64,000 nt of DNA from Acidimicrobiia bacterium (GCA_024421085.1 JAHQYN010000002.1:16871-80870); one strand, 5' to 3'; shown: positions 18,230 through 27,787, counted from the stretch's first letter. The notes: generated by a model from the sequence alone, not told the origin. Made by a program: numbers and translations.

Positions 18230-19021
18230 ATGAACAGACCTGTCGCCCTTGTCACCGGTGCAGCCCGCGGAATAGGCGCAGCGACCGTCGCGCGACTCGT
18301 CGCCGACGGTTGGTCGGTGGTCGCTGCAGATGTCTGCGGCGACGTGGCAGACATCGAGTATGCACTCGCCACCCCGGATGAGCTCGTTGCGGTCGGCACC
18401 GCGGGCGGTGACCGTGTCCTGACCATGCAGGTCGACGTGCGAGACCAGGCGGCCCTCCACGACGCGGCCGAAGCAGCCGTCGAGCACTTCGGTCGTCTGG
18501 ACGCAGCCGTCGCCGTGGCCGGAGTGTTCAAGGCCCGCACCCCACTGTGGGAAGTCGACGACGCCGAATGGGAGACGGTCACCGACATCAACCTGGCCGG
18601 GGTGTTTCAAACGGCACGAGCGGCGATTCCCCGGATCTTGGCATCGCCAGAGCCCAGGCGGGGCCGCTTCGTGGCTGTGTCGTCGTCCGCCGGAACCATC
18701 GGGCTGTCGAGAATGGCGCCCTACGTCGCCGCCAAACACGGAGTCAACGGTCTGGTCAAAGCACTCGCAGTCGATCTGGCGGGCACAGGGGTCACTTCGA
18801 ACGCCGTGGCGCCCGGTTCAACCCGCACCGCAATCCTCGAGGCGTCAGCCGCCGCGTTCAACACCGACATCGACGAGTTCGCGGCCCATCAACGACCCCT
18901 CGCACGGCTCGTCGAGCCGGCCCAAGTCGCCGACGCGATCTGCTGGCTCTGCTCTGAGGGGGCCGGGGCCGTCACCGGCACCGTCGTTCCAGTCGACGGA
19001 GGCATGACCAACACCGTCTGA
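18230..19021 (+). CDS. SDR family oxidoreductase (mycofactocin-coupled-SDR-like)
   Basis: TGAARGIGAA Rossmann motif. The insert EYALATPDEL resembles the Y-P-L-A-T-P-E-D-L segment of carveol-dehydrogenase-type SDRs. Catalytic YVAAK. Confidence 0.85.
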   Translation: MNRPVALVTGAARGIGAATVARLVADGWSVVAADVCGDVADIEYALATPDELVAVGTAGGDRVLTMQVDVRDQAALHDAAEAAVEHFGRLDAAVAVAGVFKARTPLWEVDDAEWETVTDINLAGVFQTARAAIPRILASPEPRRGRFVAVSSSAGTIGLSRMAPYVAAKHGVNGLVKALAVDLAGTGVTSNAVAPGSTRTAILEASAAAFNTDIDEFAAHQRPLARLVEPAQVADAICWLCSEGAGAVTGTVVPVDGGMTNTV

Positions 19022-19247
19022 GCCGCCGGGCAACGCCACAACCGCGCGGTCCGGGCGACCCCTCACCCGAGACTGATGGGGCGGCGACGTTGCGGAAATT
19101 CGGGTGCCGGCCAGTTGCCCACTCACCCGGACAGGCAGGCCCCCCGGCACCCATGTGCTCAAAGCACAAACGAGATTCGCCTGTGCGTTCGGCCCCCGCT
19201 ACTGTGCGCGCAATTCACCTGGTCCGAACACGGTTGGAGAATCGACG

Positions 19248-20387
19248 ATGAAAACCCGCGCTGCGGTGCTGTATGGAGCACATCAACCCTGGCAAGTCAA
19301 AGACGTGGAGCTTGATGATCCGCGGCGGGGCGAGGTCGTTGTCAAGACCCGCGCGGCCGGCCTCTGCCACTCCGACGAGCACATGGTCACCGGTGACCTC
19401 GGCTCAGCGGACGCACCGGGCGGCTCCTCGTTGCTGCCTGTCATCGGCGGGCACGAGGGATCGGGCGTGGTGATCGAGGTCGGCCCCGAAGTCACCGATC
19501 TGGAAGTGGGCGATCACGTTGCGGTCTCGTTCGTGCCGGCCTGCGGCAAGTGCCGGTGGTGTGCTTCGGGGCAGCAGAACCTGTGCGACCTCGGGGCGGG
19601 CACGCTCGGCCCGGGCATGGTCACCGACGGGCGAAACGCTCACACCGGTCCCGACGGAGAGACGATCAACACGATGGCAAAGCTCGGGACCTTCGCCGAG
19701 CACATGCTGCTCAGCGAGGATTCGGTCATCAAGGTCGACAAGGACGTGTCGCTGATCGCCGCGGCGCTGGTGAGCTGCGGGGTCGCCACCGGCTACGGTT
19801 CGGCGCTCAACCGTGCCGAGGTCTCAGCGGGTGACACCGTGGTGGTCGTCGGCTGCGGCGGGATCGGTTCCAACGCCCTGCAAGGAGCGAAGGCCGCGGG
19901 CGCGAAGACGATCGTCGCGGTCGATCCGGCGGAGTTCAAGCGCGAGAAGGCGTTCGAGTTCGGGGCGACGCACACGTCTGCGTCGATGGAGGAGGCAATG
20001 GAACTGGTGGGAGGCCTGACCGACGGGGTGATGGCCGACAGCGTGATTCTGTCGCCGGGTGTCGTGACCGGCGATCTGGTGGCGCCCGCACAGTTTCTGA
20101 CCCGCAAGGGCGGGACCATCGTGATCACCGGACTGGCGCCGATGCTGCAGATGGACGTGCAGCTGAACCTCTTCGAGCTCGCCATGATGAACAAGCAGCT
20201 GCGAGGCACGATCTACGGCTCTGACAGTCCCCGTCGGGCGGTGCCCCATCTGCTGTCGATGTATCAGGCCGGTCAGCTCAAGCTCGATGAGCTGGTCACC
20301 CAGACCTACTCGCTCGATGAGATCAACGAGGGCTACCAAGACATGCGCGACGACAAGAACATCCGCGGCGTGATCGTGTTCGACTAG
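19248..20387 (+). CDS. Zn-dependent alcohol dehydrogenase (NDMA-dependent/mycofactocin-associated type), copy 1
   Basis: Contains MKTRAAVLYG..GLCHSDEH, GHEGSGVV and the structural-Zn cluster CGKCRWCASGQQNLC. GGAGA RBS upstream. Confidence 0.85.
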   Translation: MKTRAAVLYGAHQPWQVKDVELDDPRRGEVVVKTRAAGLCHSDEHMVTGDLGSADAPGGSSLLPVIGGHEGSGVVIEVGPEVTDLEVGDHVAVSFVPACGKCRWCASGQQNLCDLGAGTLGPGMVTDGRNAHTGPDGETINTMAKLGTFAEHMLLSEDSVIKVDKDVSLIAAALVSCGVATGYGSALNRAEVSAGDTVVVVGCGGIGSNALQGAKAAGAKTIVAVDPAEFKREKAFEFGATHTSASMEEAMELVGGLTDGVMADSVILSPGVVTGDLVAPAQFLTRKGGTIVITGLAPMLQMDVQLNLFELAMMNKQLRGTIYGSDSPRRAVPHLLSMYQAGQLKLDELVTQTYSLDEINEGYQDMRDDKNIRGVIVFD

Positions 20388-20544
20388 GTCGCAGCGCACC
20401 GCGCTGGTCGCAGCGGAGCCCAAGCCCGTTTTGGACGGCTCGGCCGTTCTGGTGTTCCCCCAAGGCGAGCTAGCGGTAAAACAACCGGTAGATGTCTGGT
20501 ATAACTACTGATAGCTGGGAGATTTGCCACTACGCTGGGAATCT

Positions 20545-20880
20545 ATGGCTGAAATCGGCTTCGTTCCGCGTCGGATTGAACCGTCGGTGCGGCACGCACT
20601 CGACACGTTCCGCGTCGTGGTTCTGCAGGGCCCGCGGCAGTCGGGCAAGACCACCTTGGCCCATCAGGCAGTCAACGGAGGAACGTTCCTCAGCCTCGAC
20701 GACCCGACGCTGTTGTCGTTGGCGCTCGAAGACCCGACCGGGTTCATCACAGGGCGCGCCCGACCTGTGGTCATAGACGAGGTCCAACGCGGAGGCGACG
20801 ACCTGGTACGGGCGATCAAACTCGCGGTCGACTCCGATCCGACCGCGCGGCAACAGCCATGCTACGTTCGGCGGCGTTGA
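20545..20880 (+). pseudogene. N-terminal fragment of a second AAA_14/DUF4143 ATPase
   Basis: Walker A GPRQSGKTT and Walker B VIDEVQ are present. The ORF stops about 105 aa in, where full-length family members continue (...LTGS). The remainder is replaced by ADH copy 2. Confidence 0.6.
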
Positions 20881-20901
20881 AACCATCTCAAAGGAACCGC
20901 A

Positions 20902-22023
20902 ATGAAGACAAGGGCCGCAATCCTCCGTGAACCCAACACGCCGTGGAGCGTCGAGGAGATAGAGCTCGACGATCCAGTCGCGGGCGAAATCCTGGTCAAG
21001 ACCCTCGCTGCGGGGATGTGCCACTCCGACGAACACGCACACGACGGCACGATGCCAGCCCCCTTCCCGCTCGTCGGCGGGCACGAGGGAGCGGGCGTGG
21101 TGCAGGCCACAGGCCCGGGTGTGACCGAGTTCGAAGTCGGCGACCACATCTCCTGCTCGTTCATTCCCTCCTGCGGAAAATGCAGATGGTGCGCCTCGGG
21201 TCAGCAGAACCTGTGCGACCTCGGCGCACACCTGATGGAACCCGAGATGATGGCGGGCGGTTTCCGTCACCACAGCGCCGCAGGCGAAGACCTCTCAGCG
21301 TTCTTGAAGCTCGGCACGTTCGCTGAGCACATGGTGGTGAGCGTCGACTCGGCGATAAAGATTGCCCCCGACATCCCCGCGGGACCCGCCGCTCTGGTCA
21401 GTTGCGGGGTCACCACGGGCTACGGCTCGGCGGTGAACCGGGCCGAAGTGACCCCGGGCGACACAGTGGTGATCGTGGGCTGCGGCGGCTTGGGACACGC
21501 CGCGGTGCAGGGGGCTGCGGTAGCCGGTGCCAAGAACGTCGTGGCGGTCGATCCCTCAGAGTTCAAACAGGAGAGCGCCATGGAGTTCGGGGCCACCCAT
21601 CGCGCCGGTTCAATGGAGGAGGCGACCGAGATCGTAGGGCAGTTGACCCTGGGGGTCATGGCCGACAGCGTCATACTGACTCCCAGTGTGCTCACCGGCG
21701 ACCTGATCGCGCCGGCACAGTTCCTCACCCGCAAGGGCGGGACTGTGGTCGCCACCGCGGTCGCCCCGGCAATGCAGATGGATGTGCAGCTCAACCTGTT
21801 CGAGTTCGCCATGATGAACAAGCAGCTCCGTGGATGCCTGTTCGGCTCAACCGCGCCGCGCCAGGAGATCCCCCACATCCTGTCGATGTATCAGGCCGGT
21901 CAGATCAAGCTCGACGAGATGATCACCAACACCTACACGCTCGATCACCTCAACGAGGGCTACCAGGACATGCTCGACCACAAGAACGTGCGCGGCATCA
22001 TCACCTTCGACCCCTCCGACTGA
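20902..22023 (+). CDS. Zn-dependent alcohol dehydrogenase, copy 2 (paralogue of 19248-20387)
   Basis: Contains MKTRAAILREP..GMCHSDEH, GHEGAGVV and CGKCRWCASGQQNLC. Collinear with copy 1 along its whole length. Confidence 0.85.
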   Translation: MKTRAAILREPNTPWSVEEIELDDPVAGEILVKTLAAGMCHSDEHAHDGTMPAPFPLVGGHEGAGVVQATGPGVTEFEVGDHISCSFIPSCGKCRWCASGQQNLCDLGAHLMEPEMMAGGFRHHSAAGEDLSAFLKLGTFAEHMVVSVDSAIKIAPDIPAGPAALVSCGVTTGYGSAVNRAEVTPGDTVVIVGCGGLGHAAVQGAAVAGAKNVVAVDPSEFKQESAMEFGATHRAGSMEEATEIVGQLTLGVMADSVILTPSVLTGDLIAPAQFLTRKGGTVVATAVAPAMQMDVQLNLFEFAMMNKQLRGCLFGSTAPRQEIPHILSMYQAGQIKLDEMITNTYTLDHLNEGYQDMLDHKNVRGIITFDPSD

Positions 22024-22065
22024 ACTGCCGACTCAGAGGGCTCAACAGAGGGGACACCGGACGCG

Positions 22066-22986
22066 ATGGAATCGAACAGCATGCTCGACGGATTGCGCTC
22101 GGCGATCGTCGGTCGCCGTCGAGAACTCGAGTTGCTTGCCGCAGCACTGCAAGCACGCCGTCATGTGTTGTTCGAGGGTCCGCCGGGCACGGGGAAGTCC
22201 ACGATTCTGCGCGCCGTCGCTGCCACTTCCGGTGCCGGTTTGGTGTTCGTCGAGGGCAACGCCGAGCTGACCCCGGCACGCCTGGCGGGACAGTTCGACC
22301 CCTCACGGGTGATGGCGGAGGGTTATACACCCGAGGTCTTCGTGGACGGACCGTTGGTGGAGGCTCTCCGGACTGGTTCGCTGCTCTATGTGGAGGAGCT
22401 GAACCGCGTGCCCGAGGAGACCATCAACTTGTTGATCACGGTCATGTCTGAGGGGGAGCTCACCTTGCCGCGTGTCGGCCGGGTCCAAGCCGGCGAAGGG
22501 TTCCGGCTGGTCGCTGCGATGAACCCGTTCGACAACATCGGGACGGCCCGGGTGTCGAGCGCGATCTACGACCGCATGTCGCGAATCTCGCTGGACTACC
22601 AGTCCTTCGAGGAGGAGCGCGAGATCGTCGGCCTGCGGGTTGAGCCGTTCGAGCCGACCGAAGCGGCAGAAACCCTGTTGCACCGCGCGGTTGTCGTCGC
22701 TCGAGCCACCCGCAGACATCCCGATCTGCGCATCGGTTCCTCGGTCCGTGGGGCGATCGACCTCGTCGAGGTGGCCCGCCGTCTGGCGCAGATCCGGTCG
22801 GGCGGAATCGCTGATCCAGCGATCGGCCTCGATGCCGCGCTGGTCGCGCTCTCTGGACGGATTCGCCTTCATGAGGGCACCGACCGCACTCCCGAAGACG
22901 TCGTGACCGAACTGTGGGAGCTGGTCATCGGCGCCGAACAGTCGGCTGACGCAACCGACGACCCGGGAAAAGCCCCAGCCCCGTAA
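22066..22986 (+). CDS. MoxR-like AAA+ ATPase
   Basis: Contains GPPGTGKST, LLYVEELNR and LVAAMNPFD. Confidence 0.85.
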   Translation: MESNSMLDGLRSAIVGRRRELELLAAALQARRHVLFEGPPGTGKSTILRAVAATSGAGLVFVEGNAELTPARLAGQFDPSRVMAEGYTPEVFVDGPLVEALRTGSLLYVEELNRVPEETINLLITVMSEGELTLPRVGRVQAGEGFRLVAAMNPFDNIGTARVSSAIYDRMSRISLDYQSFEEEREIVGLRVEPFEPTEAAETLLHRAVVVARATRRHPDLRIGSSVRGAIDLVEVARRLAQIRSGGIADPAIGLDAALVALSGRIRLHEGTDRTPEDVVTELWELVIGAEQSADATDDPGKAPAP

Positions 22987-23177
22987 GGGGCGACCACCGC
23001 AGCGCCCTCACCCTCGAGGGCAGCGATGCTGACGACGCCCTGGCTGAGGAGAACCGGCGGACTGTCCCGCGCGGCCAACTTAGCCGTCACCACGGTTTTG
23101 ACGACATCAGCGGGGCCCTCGGTGAGATCGACACCGACGCGCTCGCGGAACTCATCGACGACGACATCGACGGGGCC

Positions 23178-23930
23178 TTGACACTGTTGGCGGAGATGTC
23201 ATCGGCCACTGACCGTCGCCTGGCCGCTCTCGCTGCACGCATCGCCGGACGCCTGGTGCTCGATGTTGCCCGCGGCGGCCCGGTCGGGTCTCGCGGTGTC
23301 GGGCACCTGGTCTCATCTGCCGCTGACCGCTTCGAGGGCGACCTCGACATCGACCGCTCGCTTGACGCTCTTGTCAACGCCGAAGCCGCCGGCGTCGGCG
23401 TTGACATGGTTGAGGTGCGGGTCCGGCACTGGACCAGGCCGATGACCGCCCTCGCTCTGGTCGTGGACCGCAGCGGCTCGATGAGCGGACAACGTCTGGC
23501 GACCGCGGCCGTGGCCGCGGCGGCATGTTCTTTCCGGGTGCCCGACGACTGGTCAGCGCTGGTCTTCGCCGACCGGATCCTGGTGCTGAAGTCCCAGCAG
23601 GACGCCAAGGCTGCTCCGCAGGTGGTCAATTCCCTGCTGCGCCTCAGGGGCCGGGGCACAACCGATCTGGCCGGCGCTCTGCGGGCTGCGGCCGAACAGC
23701 TCGCCCGTTCACGGGCCAAACGCCGGATCGTGATCCTGCTGTCGGACTGTCGAGCGACGACCGGCGCTGATCCGGTCGGTGTTGCGCGGCGACTCGATGA
23801 GTTGGCCGTGCTCGCTCCCGCCGACGATGCCGACGACGCCAGAGAGTTCGCAGCCGGGGTCGGCGCCCGCTTTGCCGCCATCGACGGACCATCCGCCATC
23901 CCCGCAGCCGTCACCCGGGTCCTGGGCTGA
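23178..23930 (+). CDS. VWA domain protein (partner of MoxR ATPase)
   Basis: MIDAS motif VVDRSGSMSG and TTDLAGAL. The TTG start at 23178 is uncertain because the frame is open and protein-like back to 22950. Confidence 0.7.
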   Translation: MTLLAEMSSATDRRLAALAARIAGRLVLDVARGGPVGSRGVGHLVSSAADRFEGDLDIDRSLDALVNAEAAGVGVDMVEVRVRHWTRPMTALALVVDRSGSMSGQRLATAAVAAAACSFRVPDDWSALVFADRILVLKSQQDAKAAPQVVNSLLRLRGRGTTDLAGALRAAAEQLARSRAKRRIVILLSDCRATTGADPVGVARRLDELAVLAPADDADDAREFAAGVGARFAAIDGPSAIPAAVTRVLG

Positions 23931-23957
23931 CCGGCCCGCCTGATTGCGATTTGTAGC

Positions 23958-24095
23958 ATTAGAACGTGCGCGGATTGAGGATGGCGGTGCGTTGAGACCC
24001 GTTGTCTCACGCTCTTGTTCGCTTCGCTCACGGGCCGCTCAGGCCACGGCCTCGTTCGGTCACGGCCCAGCGCGGAATCAATCCGCTCGGCCTCT
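23958..24095. repeat. about 140-bp MITE-like repeat, copy A
   Basis: Roughly 85% identical by eye to 27647-27787. Internal imperfect inverted termini gcgcggattga ... tcaatccgctc. Confidence 0.65.
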
Positions 24096-24113
24096 TGGTA
24101 CTACACTTGTCGC

Positions 24114-24368
24114 ATGATCGAAGTGGCTTCTCGAGAGTTGCGAAACAACACCCGGGCGGTGCTGGACCGAGTCGCCGACGGGGAACGCATCACCATCACC
24201 GTTCAGGGAAAGCCGGTGGCCGAGTTGGCACCATTCGCGCAAAGGCAACGTTGGATGCGCCGCGACCAGTTCATTCGTGAGGTGCTGGCACATCAGGCCG
24301 ACCCCGGGCTCGCCGACGACCTGGCCGCGCTGACCGATGAGACCACCGACGATCTCACATGGCACTGA
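24114..24368 (+). CDS. type II antitoxin, Phd/YefM family
   Basis: MIEVASRELRNNTRAVLDRVADGERITITVQGKPVAELAP. Overlaps the PIN toxin gene by 10 nt. Confidence 0.75.
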   Translation: MIEVASRELRNNTRAVLDRVADGERITITVQGKPVAELAPFAQRQRWMRRDQFIREVLAHQADPGLADDLAALTDETTDDLTWH

Positions 24369-24751
24369 GCCGGGCACTCGCTGACACGTCGCTGTTCATC
24401 GCCCGCGAAACAGCACGACCGGTCCTTGAAGACCTCATCCCTGACCAGCTTGCCGTGTCTGTCGTCACCATCGGAGAGTTGCGCGCTGGCGTGCTCGCCG
24501 CCAACGACACCGCAACTCGCCAACGCAGACTGTCGACACTCACCTCCGCACTCACGCTCGAACCGGTACCAATAGACGAACAGGTCGCCACAACATGCGC
24601 CGGGCTTCGTCTGATGCTGCGCGACCGCCGACTCAAGATGGGAGTCAACGACTCGTGGATCGCCGCCACCGCCATGACGCTCGGAGTGGCCATCGTCACC
24701 CAGGATCAGGATTTTCCCTCTGTCGAAGAGCTTGAGGTGATCTCGGTATAG
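24359..24751 (+). CDS. vapC: type II toxin, PIN-domain VapC
   Basis: 130 aa. Acidic PIN residues in the contexts LADTSLFI, GELRAG, NDSWIAATA and IVTQDQDF. Confidence 0.85.
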   Translation: MALSRALADTSLFIARETARPVLEDLIPDQLAVSVVTIGELRAGVLAANDTATRQRRLSTLTSALTLEPVPIDEQVATTCAGLRLMLRDRRLKMGVNDSWIAATAMTLGVAIVTQDQDFPSVEELEVISV

Positions 24752-24773
24752 CAATCGGCACTACCGTGCCGAC

Positions 24774-26204
24774 ATGGAATCACGGGCCGACGAAACGCTG
24801 CCGCCGACGGGGATTCGACTGGTCGCGGACACTGCGCTCGACCGCCGCGACAGGGGTCGTCTGCTCATCGGGGGTGCCCCCCTGCGCATCATCAGGCTGT
24901 CAGATGCCGGTGCCGAGATGCTCGCAGCCTGGCTCGAAGGCACACCGCTGGCTGACGACACCCAGGCCCGCACACTGGCCCGTCGCCTGCTCGACGCCGC
25001 AGTCGTGCATCCCGTCGTTGACCCGATCGGCGATCCTGACGCAACGGTGGTGATCCCCGCCTACAACGACGCAGACGGTCTCGCCTGCTGCCTCGCTTCT
25101 CTGGGCGACCTTCCCGTCGTGGTGGTAGACGACGCCTCCCGGAACGCCGCGGAGATCGCCGCCGCCTGCGAAAAGCACGGGGCACGGCTGCTCCGTCACG
25201 ACACCAACCAAGGTCCAGCGGCGGCGCGCAACACGGGCCTCGCAGCGGTTACGACATCGCTGGTGGCCTTCGTCGACACCGACGTGGAGGCGTGGCCGGG
25301 CTGGATCAACCACCTCGTCGGCCACTTCGGGGACCGCCGCGTGGCCGCAGTCGCACCACGGGTTCGGTCCCGGCCCGGCGACAGCCTGCTCGAACGCTAC
25401 GAGACGCACCATTCACCGCTCGATCTTGGCGCCAACCCAGCGTCGGTCGCCCCGCACAACCCGGTCTCCTACGTGCCCGCAGCGGCGCTGGTCGCCCGGG
25501 TCGATGCCGTCACCGAGATCGGGGGATTCGACTCGGGGATGCGAACCGGCGAAGACGTTGACCTCGTCTGGCGCCTCACCGACAGCGGCAAAGTCGTTCG
25601 CTACGACCCTTCGGTCGACGTCGAACACCGTCCACGCCGAAGTTGGACGGCGCTTCTCGGCCAGAGGAGAAATTACGGTTCCTCTGCCGCCGCGCTCGGC
25701 ATCCGGCACGGTGCCCGCGTGGCGCCTGCGCGCTGTTCTGGCTGGAGCGCCGCGGCCTGGGCCGCGCTGGCGGCCGGGCACCCGATCCTCGGACTCGGGT
25801 TGGCGGCCGGCTCCGCCGTGGCCTTGAAACGCAAGCTCGGCCCGCTGCCGGATTCGCTGCCCACCACCGCTCGCATAGCCGGGATCGGGCACCTGCACGC
25901 CGGTTATGGGATCGCCCGTGCGGTGGCCCGAGTGTGGTGGCCGCCGGCAACACTGTTGGCACTGATCCGCCCCCGCAGCCAGCGCCTGATCGTCGCCGCG
26001 GTCTTCGGCCCGCCGCTGCTCGACTGGATTCGCGGCTCTCGACCGGCCGGCCTGCCCCGTTCGCTCGCACTGCGCCTCGCCGACGACCTCGCCTACGGCA
26101 CGGGCATCTGGCAAGGCGTGTTGCAAACCGGCGATGCCACCTCCCTGACCCCCGATCTCCCAAGCGGACCCACTCAAACCGTCGAGACTCAAACGGATTC
26201 CTGA
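24774..26204 (+). CDS. family-2 glycosyltransferase, MftF-like
   Basis: N-terminal RLVADTALDRRDRGRLLIGGAPLRIIRLSDAG, GT2 core VVIPAYNDADGL..VVVVDDASRN, and C-terminal TM helices. Confidence 0.7.
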   Translation: MESRADETLPPTGIRLVADTALDRRDRGRLLIGGAPLRIIRLSDAGAEMLAAWLEGTPLADDTQARTLARRLLDAAVVHPVVDPIGDPDATVVIPAYNDADGLACCLASLGDLPVVVVDDASRNAAEIAAACEKHGARLLRHDTNQGPAAARNTGLAAVTTSLVAFVDTDVEAWPGWINHLVGHFGDRRVAAVAPRVRSRPGDSLLERYETHHSPLDLGANPASVAPHNPVSYVPAAALVARVDAVTEIGGFDSGMRTGEDVDLVWRLTDSGKVVRYDPSVDVEHRPRRSWTALLGQRRNYGSSAAALGIRHGARVAPARCSGWSAAAWAALAAGHPILGLGLAAGSAVALKRKLGPLPDSLPTTARIAGIGHLHAGYGIARAVARVWWPPATLLALIRPRSQRLIVAAVFGPPLLDWIRGSRPAGLPRSLALRLADDLAYGTGIWQGVLQTGDATSLTPDLPSGPTQTVETQTDS

Positions 26205-26327
26205 ACAGAGGCCGAGCGAATAGGTGGGCGGCCTCCATCGGTGGTTGCGACAAGTCGGCCATAATGGCCGGTGAGCGCAGCGAACAAGAGCGGGAATGAC
26301 ACCGCCGCCAACGCGACAGGCTCTCAC

Positions 26328-27533
26328 CTATCCGCGCCTGCTCTGCGTTGAGCGAGTCAACTGAAACTGGATGAGAAGCCACAGCAGGGCGAGCACGCAG
26401 GTAGCGCTGAAGGCAACCGGAAGAGCCACCCCCACGCCGTGATAGTCGGCCAGCACCCCCACGACAGCAGGCAGAATCACGAACCCCACAGAGGAGGCGG
26501 CAATCTGGTAGCCGACCGCCCGCGCGGCTCGTGCCTCACCCAGATACAACGCCGTGCGCCCCATCACCAAAGGGAACATCGACGCCAGCGAGAGCCCGAT
26601 ACAGGGCAGAGCGTAAGCGCCGACACCAGCAGGGTCGGCCCAGAAGAAGACCACGCCGAGAGCGGTGACGCCGATCGCGGCGGCAAGGACCCGCTCCGCA
26701 GAGAACCGGTCACCGAAGCCCGCCAAAAGGAAACGCCCGAGCGTCAATCCGCACCAGAACCCCGTCACCAACGCCGCCGCTCTCACATCGCTGTAATCGC
26801 GGCTCTCGGTCAGCAGGGTGAAGCTCCATTGACCCACGGTCACTTCGATCCCGACGTAGATCGAGAACCAGACAATCAGCAACCCCAGCAACGCTCGCGA
26901 CCCGCGCGCCGGCGCTGGCGAGCCCGCAACCTCACCCGACACCGGGGCAGTGTCAAAACCCTCGCGAGCACTGGCAATGACCCCGACCAGAACTGCACCG
27001 ATCCCGCAAATCACCATGAAGGGGCCTCTCCAGAGGTCGCCGCCGGCAATGAACGGAGTCGCCAGCAGAGGCCCGAGAAGCGCTCCCACGCCGTACGCAG
27101 CGTGCAGCAGCCCCATCTCGCGGGGTCCTTGGGTCAGTGCCACCCAGGCATTCACCGAAGCATCACAGAGCCCCCAGCCCGCCCCCAGGACCAGAATGCC
27201 TACCATCGCAGTCCACCAAGTGGGCGCGATCGACATCAACCCCAGCCCGACAACAGCAGCAAAGGACGCATTGCGAAAGACGACGCCGCTGCCGTAGCGC
27301 GCAGTCAGGTGACCAGCGCCGATACTGGAAGCCGTGTAACCCACCGCCGTGCAGGCGATCAACAGCCCGAAGCTGCTGTCGGCCCGCCCGAAATCGTCAC
27401 GCAGGCTCGGCCAGACAGTCCCGAGCACGCCGTCGGGCAATCCCAGGGTCACGTAGAGGGCGAAACTCACCAACAGGGCGCGACGCCCGAGCCTCAGGTT
27501 CGCAGTCCGAGGCTCGGGTGGTGGAAGGTCCAT
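26328..27533 (-). CDS. MFS transporter
   Basis: About 12 predicted hydrophobic helices. Start set to ATG 27533 (MDLPPPE), since the GTG 27575 extension enters the repeat element. Confidence 0.8.
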   Translation of the reverse strand: MDLPPPEPRTANLRLGRRALLVSFALYVTLGLPDGVLGTVWPSLRDDFGRADSSFGLLIACTAVGYTASSIGAGHLTARYGSGVVFRNASFAAVVGLGLMSIAPTWWTAMVGILVLGAGWGLCDASVNAWVALTQGPREMGLLHAAYGVGALLGPLLATPFIAGGDLWRGPFMVICGIGAVLVGVIASAREGFDTAPVSGEVAGSPAPARGSRALLGLLIVWFSIYVGIEVTVGQWSFTLLTESRDYSDVRAAALVTGFWCGLTLGRFLLAGFGDRFSAERVLAAAIGVTALGVVFFWADPAGVGAYALPCIGLSLASMFPLVMGRTALYLGEARAARAVGYQIAASSVGFVILPAVVGVLADYHGVGVALPVAFSATCVLALLWLLIQFQLTRSTQSRRG

Positions 27534-27569
27534 TGGCACAGTCAACTCCGGCGAGGTCCGAAGCGGTCG

Positions 27570-27787
27570 GAACACTATGAACGTGCGCGGATCGAGCAGC
27601 GTAGGTGCGCCACCACCAGCGACGACACCGCACTCGACCGTCGGAACACTATGAACGTGCGCGGATCGAGCAGCGTAGGTGCGCCGATAACTGTTGTCTC
27701 CCGCTCTTGTTGGCTGCGCTCACGGGCCGCTCGGGCCACGGCCTCGTTCGGTCGCGTCCGTGTGCGGGATCAATCCGCTCGGCCTCT
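27570..27787. repeat. MITE-like repeat, copy B, with its 5' 42-bp module duplicated
   Basis: gaacactatgaacgtgcgcggatcgagcagcgtaggtgcgcc occurs at 27570 and again at 27644. The second copy continues into the 140-bp element shared with 23958-24095. Confidence 0.65.

Noticed and set aside
17604-18591. Minus-strand ORFs reading through the minisatellite (VVGQLAHGV repeats)
   Set aside because: These are a product of translating the tandem repeat on the wrong strand, and they overlap the SDR gene antisense.
20392-20406. Hairpin CAGCGC-acc-GCGCTG after ADH copy 1
   Set aside because: It has a 6-bp stem with a 3-nt loop and no T-run, so it was not listed as a terminator. The flanking direct repeat ggtcgcagcg x2 was noted but is too short to interpret.
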